This document shows positions 46,791 to 54,094 of a DNA stretch of 54,094 bases, one piece after another. How positions within the stretch are numbered: the stretch's first letter is position 1; every line of letters begins with the position of its first letter. The notes beneath the pieces were generated by a model. The model was not told the DNA's origin, searched no databases, and saw nothing but the letters and a program-made list of their open reading frames with translations. The position numbers and the translations under genes were made by a program. The DNA comes from a virus, in the IMG/VR virus record IMGVR_UViG_3300018059_000002, positions 1 through 54,094 of that record; one strand, written 5' to 3'.

Positions 46791-46820
46791 TTGCGCTAGG
46801 CATTGTGGGTGTTGTAGGGT
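46791..46820 (+). promoter_or_regulatory. Candidate late promoter immediately upstream of terS
   Basis: TTGCGC (46791-46796), an 18-nt spacer, TAGGGT (46815-46820), then 7 nt to ATG 46828. The site at 51118-51147 has the same layout. Confidence 0.3.
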
Positions 46821-46827
46821 TAGACCC

Positions 46828-47631
46828 ATGTCAACCCCAAGGCAACAACTTGCAAACGTAAACCCCGACGATGTGGACAACATCGAAGGTCCAACGCTGA
46901 CCGCTAAACAAGATCGGTTCGCACAAGTGTGGGCGCGTACAGATAGCAAATCGGCAGCCTATCGTGAGGTGTACGCACACCCCAATACGTTGCCTAATAC
47001 CATCTGGGTGCAAGCCTCACGCATCGCCGATCTTCCGCAGGTTAAGGCCCGATATCATGTGCTGCACGAGGAAGCCGCAAACGAAACGTTGTTGTCGCTG
47101 CGTGAGGCATTGCAGTGGCAGATCGACATCGCAACCGCGGACCCTAACGAGCTGGTGCGCGTAGTGGCTTACAACTGCCGCCACTGCCACGGTATTAACT
47201 ATGAGTATCAATGGAAAGATGAGGACGAGTACGTTAACGCGTGTGTTGAGACAATAGACAACAAACTCAAAAAGACGCCAAGCGAGGCTGGCGGTTACGG
47301 CTTTGTTGGTAATCTTCCTCCGACACCCACGTGTCCACACTGCTACGGCCAAGGCATTGAGCACACATTGATTGCAGACACTACGAAGCTCACAGGGAAA
47401 GCGCGCAAGTTATATGCGGGTGCGGAGCAAGATCGATGGGGCGTGATTAAAATCAAGATGCACGATCAAGATGCAGCGTGGGATAAAGTGTTACGCATGC
47501 GCGGCGCGTATAACGACAAGCTCGACTTGCGCACCCCTCAACAACGAGCGGCTGAGACTGCGCGGCAGAAGTTGCCTGATGACATTACAATTGAAGATGC
47601 AAGCAAGGCTTACATCGCATTGTTAGGCTGA
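46828..47631 (+). CDS. terS: Terminase small subunit
   Basis: 267 aa. LTAKQDRFAQVWARTDSKSAAYREVY...ASRIADLPQVKARY fits the Terminase_2-type N-terminal HTH. It lies directly upstream of terL. Confidence 0.7.
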   Translation: MSTPRQQLANVNPDDVDNIEGPTLTAKQDRFAQVWARTDSKSAAYREVYAHPNTLPNTIWVQASRIADLPQVKARYHVLHEEAANETLLSLREALQWQIDIATADPNELVRVVAYNCRHCHGINYEYQWKDEDEYVNACVETIDNKLKKTPSEAGGYGFVGNLPPTPTCPHCYGQGIEHTLIADTTKLTGKARKLYAGAEQDRWGVIKIKMHDQDAAWDKVLRMRGAYNDKLDLRTPQQRAAETARQKLPDDITIEDASKAYIALLG

Positions 47632-47632
47632 C

Positions 47633-49387
47633 ATGCTAGTCAGTGTTGCGCCCGGTCGGATAATCCTCCCGTATTCGTTGGCCGCACCTTCGGACGTTGT
47701 TATAGACGCCCCGCGTATTGTGACGCCCTACGCTATCGACTGGAAAAACCCCGATTACCTACCGATATGGAAGATACGCGCCGAGCGTCTAGCGAAGCTG
47801 CGCGCCGACGAACAGTTGTTGCAAAAGGTGCGCTTCTATTATCGCAATGGACACTTTGCGGATTTTATTAACGATTGGGGTGTGACGATTGACCCGCGTA
47901 TCATCGGGCGGCCAACCATCATGCCTATGATGCTGTGGCCCAAGCAGCGCGCTTTTATCGATTTTCTCTACCGCAAGTGGCGCGAGGGTGACGACGGTAC
48001 GTGCGTCAAGTCCCGTGATGTGGGTATCTCATGGCTTGCGATGGGTTTTGCTTCAACGTTGTGTATTTTCTACGACGATGTGTCTGTTGGCTTCGGTAGT
48101 GAAAAGGAAGACAAGGTCGACCGCAGCGGCGATCCTGACTGCTTATTCTACAAAGGCCGAATGTTCTTGCAATACCTGCCTGATATCTTCCGCGCAGGCT
48201 GGAACCTCAAACAGTACAGCGCACACATGCGCCTTACGTTCCCGCAGACGGGCTCGTCTATCACCGGTGAGGCCGGCAACAACATTGGACGCGGTGGTCG
48301 TAAGTCGGTTTATCTAGTAGATGAGTCGGCACACATTCCCAACCCAAAGGCGATAGACGCGTCATTGTCAGCAAACACGAATTCGCGTATTGATATGTCG
48401 AGTGTGTGCGGCATGGCGAACAGCTTCGCCGAACGCGCGCACAACCCAGCTATTGTGAGGTTCGACTTCTCTTGGCAGGACGATCCGCGTAAAGATGCTG
48501 CATGGGAGAAGAAGAAACGCGAAACACTCGACCCTGTTATCTTTGCGCAAGAATACGATAGGAATTTCACCGCGTCGATTGAAGGGCAAGTTATCCCTAC
48601 TGAATGGGTCGCCGCTGCTATCGATGCTCACTTGTTGTTCGGCTTGACACCACAAGGTAACCGACGCGGCACACTTGATGTTGCAGATAGCGGAAAAGAT
48701 GCTAATGCGTTTTGTATTGGGCGCTCGTTCCTCGTTGAGTCCGTGGAGTCGTGGCGCGGTTCAGCCGATCTCGATATCTACCATAGCGTAGAGCAATCGT
48801 TTTTGTTTTGTGATACGCACGGTATTCCTGAGTTTTATTATGACGCCGACGGCTTGGGCGCGGGTGTGCGCGGTGATGCTCGTAAGATTAACGAAGCACG
48901 TGCAGCCAAAGGTGGAAAGGGGATCACCGTACTTCCTTTCCGAGGTTCGGGTGAAGTGCACGAGCCTGACGTGATTGTGCTCGGTACCGAACGCACAGCG
49001 CTTGATTTCTTCGAGAACGCTAAGGCGCAAGCCTGGTGGATGCTGCGGCAGTATTTCCAATACACCTACCGAGCGGTTGAAGCGTTCAAACGTGGCGAGG
49101 TATGGGACATCGATGTAAGCCAATTTATCAGCATCGCCAGCGGCTTCACTTTGCGCGCCCGTTTAACGGTCGAACTGTCGCAACCGGTGTGGGCGTTGTC
49201 CAAAAACGGTAAGGTAATGGTCGATAAGTGTCCTGTAGGCACTAAGACTGAGGTGCGCAATTCGATAGCCTCGCCAAACCTCGCTGACGCCGTTATGATG
49301 CTGCGCGCGCCTCGCTACGGCGTCCTGTCTATCAACCCCGCCTTGTTGGCCGCAACTGCCGCTGTGCAGCTTGGCGCGAGGCGTTAG
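47633..49387 (+). CDS. terL: Terminase large subunit
   Basis: 584 aa. It has a Walker A-like KSRDVGISW and a Walker B VYLVDESAH, and a C-terminal nuclease-like half. The next gene is the portal. Confidence 0.8.
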   Translation: MLVSVAPGRIILPYSLAAPSDVVIDAPRIVTPYAIDWKNPDYLPIWKIRAERLAKLRADEQLLQKVRFYYRNGHFADFINDWGVTIDPRIIGRPTIMPMMLWPKQRAFIDFLYRKWREGDDGTCVKSRDVGISWLAMGFASTLCIFYDDVSVGFGSEKEDKVDRSGDPDCLFYKGRMFLQYLPDIFRAGWNLKQYSAHMRLTFPQTGSSITGEAGNNIGRGGRKSVYLVDESAHIPNPKAIDASLSANTNSRIDMSSVCGMANSFAERAHNPAIVRFDFSWQDDPRKDAAWEKKKRETLDPVIFAQEYDRNFTASIEGQVIPTEWVAAAIDAHLLFGLTPQGNRRGTLDVADSGKDANAFCIGRSFLVESVESWRGSADLDIYHSVEQSFLFCDTHGIPEFYYDADGLGAGVRGDARKINEARAAKGGKGITVLPFRGSGEVHEPDVIVLGTERTALDFFENAKAQAWWMLRQYFQYTYRAVEAFKRGEVWDIDVSQFISIASGFTLRARLTVELSQPVWALSKNGKVMVDKCPVGTKTEVRNSIASPNLADAVMMLRAPRYGVLSINPALLAATAAVQLGARR

Positions 49388-49399
49388 GAGCTTCAACCC

Positions 49400-51121
49400 A
49401 TGTCTACGCCTCTTAATTGGTTACGCGGAAAATTGCGCGCATGGCTGGGCGTCCCCGTGGGAGCGCAGGACACGTCAAAGAAAGATGAACCGCAGCACAT
49501 CAAGATTCACCCATCATTGATGGCGCAAACGTTGGTGAAAGCAGGCGAACAATACATCACCTATCGCAAGGTAGCCCCGCCGGTTCTGCCGGATAACGTG
49601 CGTGGCGCGTTTGTCTACGATGCGACAAAAGACCCTGGACGACTCGGGCCGCCGGTGCTGGCTATGGATGACGCACAAACCGCGCCGGCATGGGCTTACC
49701 TAAATCAAGCCAATTGCGGCATGGGTTTCCCTGGTTACGGGTATCTAAGCGAACTGTCGCAACGTAGTGAGTACCGCGCGCCAGTTGAAACGATTGCAAG
49801 CGAGATGACGCGCGAATTTATTGATGTCACTGTCAAGGGCAAGGCTAGCAAAAAGAAACGCGAGAAACGTGGCGAACAGGTTGCGGAAGATGAAGCGCTA
49901 GACGAGGGCTTAGAGGACAAGCTAGAACAAATGGAAACAGCAATAGACGAGTTCAAAATACGTGATCACTTTCGTCAGATTGCTGAGCACGATGGTTTTT
50001 TCGGTCGCGGTCAGTTGTTTATTGATGTTGATACCGGCAGCGCGAATCCTGACGACATCCGCCAACTACCGCTAATCGTGAGCCCTGAAACGATTAAGCG
50101 AGGTTCACTCAAGGGCTTTAAGGTGGTGGAGCCAATATGGACTACGCCGTACGCATACAACTCTACTGATCCCACGCGCGGGGATTTTTACAAGCCGTCG
50201 GCGTGGTTTATGATCGGCAAGCGCGTGCATGCTTCGCGCTTGCTCACGTTCGTGTCACGTGAGGTGCCGGACATTCTCAAACCGGCCTACAATTTCAGCG
50301 GTTTGTCGATGTCTCAGTTGATGGAGCCTTACGTGTTCCAATGGTTGCGCACCCGTAACAGTGTGTCGGACCTTGTGCACAACTTCTCTGTCATGGTCCT
50401 AAAAACGGACATGAACGCAGTATTGCAAGGTGGTGCCGGCGGTGCCGAGGCTGGCACAGGTTTACTAGATCGCGGCAAGTTATTTGTAAACACACGCGAT
50501 AATCAAGGTTTGACGATGATCGACAAGAATCGGGAAGAACTTGTCGAAGTGCATGCGAGTCTTGCAGGACTCGACAAGCTACAAGCGCAATCACAGGAAC
50601 ATATGGCGGCCCCCTCGCATATGCCTTTGGTGAAGCTGACGGGTATTACGCCCGCCGGTTTGAATGCGGATAGCGAAGGTGAGATTCAAGTGTGGTACGA
50701 CTGGATTCGCGCCGATCAGATTTTTTTCTACGGGCCGCATCTTAAGCACGTGTTAGATATTTTACAGTTGCATTTATTTGGCGAGATTGAACCGGCAATA
50801 TCATTTACGTTTGTGCCGTTGAAAACGCCAACTGTCAAAGAACTGGCCGAGATTCGCAAGAGCAACGCGGAGACTGATGGTATATACATCGACAAGGGCG
50901 TTGTTAGCCCTGATGAAGTGCGGGAACGTGTGGCGGCCGATCCTGATAGCGGATACAACAATTTGTCGGGCGATGCTCCCGGACCTCCTGAGGCCGAGCT
51001 GATGCAACAGGAACACGCCCTTGGTCAAGAGGGAGCCGAGGCGGATCACGCACGCGGTAAGGAGATGGCGACGGTGCAGGCTAAATTAAAGCCCGCGCTG
51101 GCTAAAACTGGTAAGGGTTGA
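49400..51121 (+). CDS. Portal protein (DUF1073-like)
   Basis: 573-aa ORF directly after terL. The central region (HDGFFGRGQLFIDVDTG...) resembles DUF1073 portals, and the C-terminus is acidic. Confidence 0.7.
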   Translation: MSTPLNWLRGKLRAWLGVPVGAQDTSKKDEPQHIKIHPSLMAQTLVKAGEQYITYRKVAPPVLPDNVRGAFVYDATKDPGRLGPPVLAMDDAQTAPAWAYLNQANCGMGFPGYGYLSELSQRSEYRAPVETIASEMTREFIDVTVKGKASKKKREKRGEQVAEDEALDEGLEDKLEQMETAIDEFKIRDHFRQIAEHDGFFGRGQLFIDVDTGSANPDDIRQLPLIVSPETIKRGSLKGFKVVEPIWTTPYAYNSTDPTRGDFYKPSAWFMIGKRVHASRLLTFVSREVPDILKPAYNFSGLSMSQLMEPYVFQWLRTRNSVSDLVHNFSVMVLKTDMNAVLQGGAGGAEAGTGLLDRGKLFVNTRDNQGLTMIDKNREELVEVHASLAGLDKLQAQSQEHMAAPSHMPLVKLTGITPAGLNADSEGEIQVWYDWIRADQIFFYGPHLKHVLDILQLHLFGEIEPAISFTFVPLKTPTVKELAEIRKSNAETDGIYIDKGVVSPDEVRERVAADPDSGYNNLSGDAPGPPEAELMQQEHALGQEGAEADHARGKEMATVQAKLKPALAKTGKG

Positions 51122-51147
51122 CGAGGTCGTCAGGGGTGCGTTAGGGT
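51118..51147 (+). promoter_or_regulatory. Dyad-containing promoter-like element E8 in the late arm
   Basis: TTGACG (51118-51123), an 18-nt spacer, TAGGGT (51142-51147), then 6 nt to ATG 51154. TTGACGAGGTCGTCAG is a 15/16 match to the early dyad and overlaps the portal stop. Confidence 0.4.
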
Positions 51148-51153
51148 GCGGAT

Positions 51154-51375
51154 ATGAGAAGTGTTGTACATGTACCACCCGGTTTCCAAGACCAGCACAA
51201 ACCCCATATAACAAAGGTTGACGGCCTTTGGTGGGCTATCTGGCCGAATCATACTACGATGCCTAGCGATGACGATTTAGAACGCATATATCGCCCTTAC
51301 ACGAACAAGTTGAACGGCATCACCATGCCGCAACCCAAGTCACTGCTGTATGACCCGCACCCGGTGATTCAATGA
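51154..51375 (+). CDS. Hypothetical protein
   Basis: 73-aa ORF whose end overlaps the GIY-YIG ATG (ATGA). Confidence 0.5.
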   Translation: MRSVVHVPPGFQDQHKPHITKVDGLWWAIWPNHTTMPSDDDLERIYRPYTNKLNGITMPQPKSLLYDPHPVIQ

Positions 51376-51941
51376 AAGCAGGCGTTTACATCATCACTTG
51401 CTTAGTTAATCGAAACGTTTATGTAGGATCAAGTAAGAACTACAAAACGCGACTTTCTAACCATTTTAGTAGGCTGCGTGCGGGTGTCCACGCTAACCCG
51501 AAGCTGCAAGCATCGTTTGATAAATATGGGGCGGAGCGTTTTAACAGTTGTGTGCTGCTGATTTGTAAACCTGAAAATTTGTTATGGTTTGAGCAGCGCG
51601 CTATAAATGTGCTGCGGCCCTCTTTTAATATCGCTAAACACGCGGACGCCCCAAATCGAGGGCGGGTGTTTTCTGCGGAAGTAAGGGCTAAGGTGTCTGC
51701 ACGTTTAAAAGGCAATACCTATACGCTCGGATATAAAGCAAGCGCCGAAACTAAAGCTAAGCTGTCAGCTTTGCGTCGCGGTAAAAAACTGCCGGCACGA
51801 GGTGCACTTAGCATCGAACACCGTGCGATAATTTCCCAAACTCATAAAGGCCGGAAACATTCGACGATTCACCGTGCGCGAGTTAGTGAGGCTAAACGCA
51901 AATGGTGGGCAGATAAAAAGGCGGCGGCATGCGCAAGTTAA
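51372..51941 (+). CDS. GIY-YIG homing endonuclease with NUMOD-like repeats
   Basis: GVYIITCLVNRNVYVGSS...R...H is the GIY-x10-YVG motif. The C-terminal repeats are S-x-E-x-R/K-A-K-x-S...G (FSAEVRAKVSARLKG and ASAETKAKLSALRRG). Confidence 0.85.
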   Translation: MKAGVYIITCLVNRNVYVGSSKNYKTRLSNHFSRLRAGVHANPKLQASFDKYGAERFNSCVLLICKPENLLWFEQRAINVLRPSFNIAKHADAPNRGRVFSAEVRAKVSARLKGNTYTLGYKASAETKAKLSALRRGKKLPARGALSIEHRAIISQTHKGRKHSTIHRARVSEAKRKWWADKKAAACAS

Positions 51942-53329
51942 GGGCTTCAACTAGAAAACCTATTGTTTGCGAGCCTGTATGGCCGAATCAGGGGGTTAAA
52001 AACTGGTACGACACAAAGCTCGTTGAAATGATCAACGAAGCCGAGCGCGGCTTGCGTAGCGCCCTCGCCTATCTGTGGCGCGATATCCCGCCGCTATTCA
52101 CGCACGACGAAGCGCTCGACGTTGAAGCCGACGCGGCCGGCGTCATGTACGTTTGCGGCAATCGTATCTTGCTAATGCGCCGCACTGACGGGTTAGGCTG
52201 GGCATTTCCCGGCGGCAGCGTTGAAGAGAACGAGACCGCAGAAGCCGGCGCACGTCGTGAGGCATTCGAGGAAACATTGCACCCCTGTAATGGTTTGCTT
52301 GAGTTCGTCAGTATGTGGCGGCGCGACAAGTTCCACTTCGCTACATTCACAACAGAAGTTCCCGAAGAATTCACGCCAACGCTGAATAGCGAGCACGATG
52401 CTTTTGTGTGGGTAACTCCCTACGACGCAATGGACATGGAGTTGCACGCCGGATTACCCTTTACACTTGGCGAGTATGCGCGACGCCTTGCGCATGATGC
52501 CCCCAGCTCTACAAAGGCGCTGCAAGCGTTGCTCGCGAAGTGGAGCAAGCAAGTAATTAAACGGTTTGACCTTGCGTCGTTTGACCTTGCGAGTAACTTC
52601 GCATCTCGTAGCGTGATCGCTACACAAACAGCCATGATGTCGCAGCTAAAAAACGCAGGCTTTACCGTGGCGTTTAAACCTACGATGAAAAGCATGGAAG
52701 CATACAAGGCCGTGACCGCTGAAAACGTTGCGTTGATCAAATCGATTCCGCGCAAGTGGCATGAGCAGGTAGAACAGAAAGTTTGGAGCGCTGTACGCAA
52801 CGGCTCCGACTTGAGCAAGCTATCGGTTGAGCTTCGCAAGGCGTACGGTTCTACAACTAAGCGCGCGGCGTTGATCGCTCGTGATCAAAACGCTAAGGCG
52901 AAAGCTACGATTGAACGGGTGCGCCAACAAGAATTAGGCATCACGCGCGGTATTTGGATGCACTCACATGCCGGCAAAGAACCGCGGCCTACCCACGTGG
53001 TGATGAATGGCGAGCAGTACAACTTGAATCAAGGCATGTACGATAGTGACGAGCAAGCTTATGTGCACCCCGGTGAGTTGATTTATTGTCGATGTTCCAT
53101 GCGTCCTGTGATCGAAGGCGCGCAAGAATACGCGGATACCGACGACGAGCCGACAAACGTTATGCTGGGCGCTGCTCTGCGCAATGCGGAGCAAAACGTA
53201 GGAAAGCCGCGCGCTGCTGAGATGCGCGTCATACTGCAAGAGTTGTATGATGTGCGCAAACGTTGGTCTGGCGCTGACGAAATGCAGCTACGCACCGAGG
53301 TCATGGGTTTTTTGAACAGTGGGGTTTAA
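51929..53329 (+). CDS. MuF/SPP1 gp7-like head morphogenesis protein with an embedded Nudix hydrolase domain
   Basis: The Nudix box GGSVEENETAEAGARREAFEETL lies at nt 52211-52279. The MuF-like core is IARDQNAKAKA...THVVMNGEQYNL...GELIYCRCSMRPVI (aa 315-395). Confidence 0.7.
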   Translation: MRKLRASTRKPIVCEPVWPNQGVKNWYDTKLVEMINEAERGLRSALAYLWRDIPPLFTHDEALDVEADAAGVMYVCGNRILLMRRTDGLGWAFPGGSVEENETAEAGARREAFEETLHPCNGLLEFVSMWRRDKFHFATFTTEVPEEFTPTLNSEHDAFVWVTPYDAMDMELHAGLPFTLGEYARRLAHDAPSSTKALQALLAKWSKQVIKRFDLASFDLASNFASRSVIATQTAMMSQLKNAGFTVAFKPTMKSMEAYKAVTAENVALIKSIPRKWHEQVEQKVWSAVRNGSDLSKLSVELRKAYGSTTKRAALIARDQNAKAKATIERVRQQELGITRGIWMHSHAGKEPRPTHVVMNGEQYNLNQGMYDSDEQAYVHPGELIYCRCSMRPVIEGAQEYADTDDEPTNVMLGAALRNAEQNVGKPRAAEMRVILQELYDVRKRWSGADEMQLRTEVMGFLNSGV

Positions 53330-53331
53330 TC

Positions 53332-53541
53332 ATGTCGCGATTGACGCCGGAGCAAGCCGCCGAGCAATTGCTAGATACTGCCCAAACATTAGACGAGGTC
53401 GTCGGTGAAGGCATTGACACATTGCCGCGTGAATGGTGTCACGATTTAGACACGCGCGTTATGTGCTGTGAGTCTTGCGGCTGGTGGGTTGAATCGGATG
53501 AAATCGACGACGACGGCAACTGCGAGGATTGTGCAACATGA
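53332..53541 (+). CDS. Small acidic Zn-ribbon protein
   Basis: 69 aa, with CCESCG...CEDC. Confidence 0.5.
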   Translation: MSRLTPEQAAEQLLDTAQTLDEVVGEGIDTLPREWCHDLDTRVMCCESCGWWVESDEIDDDGNCEDCAT

Positions 53542-53786
53542 GATTAGCGAAAGTAACCTGCGTCAGCCCTAACGGCGCAACCGTTTGCATTGAAGCGACT
53601 GGCGAGCAAGGCTTGCGCATGGCGTTCGAGGAAGCCGCCCAAAGCGGCATCATTGGCGTGCTTGATTTAGACTTGCCGCCGATGGTTGACAACCCCACAT
53701 CACCGCACCCTCGTGTAATGGCTATCGTGCCGGCAACGTGGGGCGTTGTTTACGATTGGGAACATACGGAGCTGTTGAAGTCATGA
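53529..53786 (+). CDS. Hypothetical protein
   Basis: 85-aa ORF that overlaps the upstream gene by 13 nt. Confidence 0.45.
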   Translation: MCNMRLAKVTCVSPNGATVCIEATGEQGLRMAFEEAAQSGIIGVLDLDLPPMVDNPTSPHPRVMAIVPATWGVVYDWEHTELLKS

Positions 53787-53980
53787 ACCTGCACGACCGC
53801 GCCGAGTTCGAGAAGCAACTCACGCGATACCTAAGCGCACACAACACGCTGCGCGAGCATAACGCGCGGGTCGACCTTGTTAACTGGGTGGCCAAATACG
53901 CCGATGAACAAGTTGCGGCGACTGTGCGCCTTGCGTGGGGCGTGCCTACATCAATCGAAGACAGTTTAGGCGGCCCCTAG
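53783..53980 (+). CDS. Hypothetical protein
   Basis: Start trimmed to ATG 53783 (ATGA overlap; MNLHDRAEFEKQL...). The stop TAG lies inside the terminal repeat. Confidence 0.45.
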   Translation: MNLHDRAEFEKQLTRYLSAHNTLREHNARVDLVNWVAKYADEQVAATVRLAWGVPTSIEDSLGGP

Positions 53981-54094
53981 CATTCACCATAACGGCGCGC
54001 TACACTCGCGCCCCATGCTTGCCTTTGATCGCTCAGTATTAGATCGTGATGTGATTGCGCTGGATCGTGCAAGCGCGCGTACGTTTGACGCTGA
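53975..54094. repeat. Direct terminal repeat, right copy (identical to 1..120)
   Basis: Same 120 nt as 1-120. It contains the stop of ORF 53783..53980 and the ATG (54015, equivalent to 41) of the scaffold-like gene. Confidence 0.95.

Larger units (their letters stand above)
51118..51941 (+). mobile_element. Free-standing homing-endonuclease cassette (promoter-like element, ORF73 and GIY-YIG gene)
   Basis: It lies between the portal and MuF-like genes, which are normally adjacent. It carries its own promoter-like element and a GIY-YIG/NUMOD gene. Confidence 0.5.

Overview
The window is a complete tailed dsDNA phage genome. Bases 1-120 are identical to 53975-54094, so the unit length is 53,974 bp.

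Layout:
- Rightward late arm: starts at terS (46828) and continues through terL, portal, a GIY-YIG homing-endonuclease cassette and a MuF-like head protein with an embedded Nudix domain. It then wraps across the window ends into scaffold, major capsid, neck, contractile sheath and tube. Next come a frameshifted chaperone, a tape measure with an SLT domain, a Mu-like baseplate, three tail-fibre genes, a lysis cassette and an SGNH esterase (ends 22189).
- Leftward early/replication arm (46400 down to 22186): many small ORFs, then an ECF-type sigma factor with a translationally coupled Cys-rich partner and an HNH endonuclease. Its replication genes are DUF1643-, DUF2800- and DUF2815(SSB)-like genes, a family A DNA polymerase split into two ORFs by a 1.3-kb cassette, and a UvrD-like helicase.
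- Rightward island (32575-38186): SF2 helicase, MazG, VRR-NUC, a TetR-N-only HTH protein and a primase-helicase.

I saw no integrase, tRNA, rRNA or CRISPR array.

Strongest signals not explained by genes:
1. A family of about 60-bp early promoter cassettes with the 16-bp dyad CTGACGAGGTCGTCAG in the -35/-10 spacer (5 perfect copies, about 5 variants).
2. An RF2-like CTT TGA site that would join the SSB body by a +1 shift to a canonical DDDIPF tail.
3. A perfect 60-bp inverted repeat around an AT-rich 79-bp core, at the divergence point of the two arms.
4. A GGGTTTT -1 slippery site in the tail chaperone gene.

All family names come from motif recognition by eye; no database search was run.
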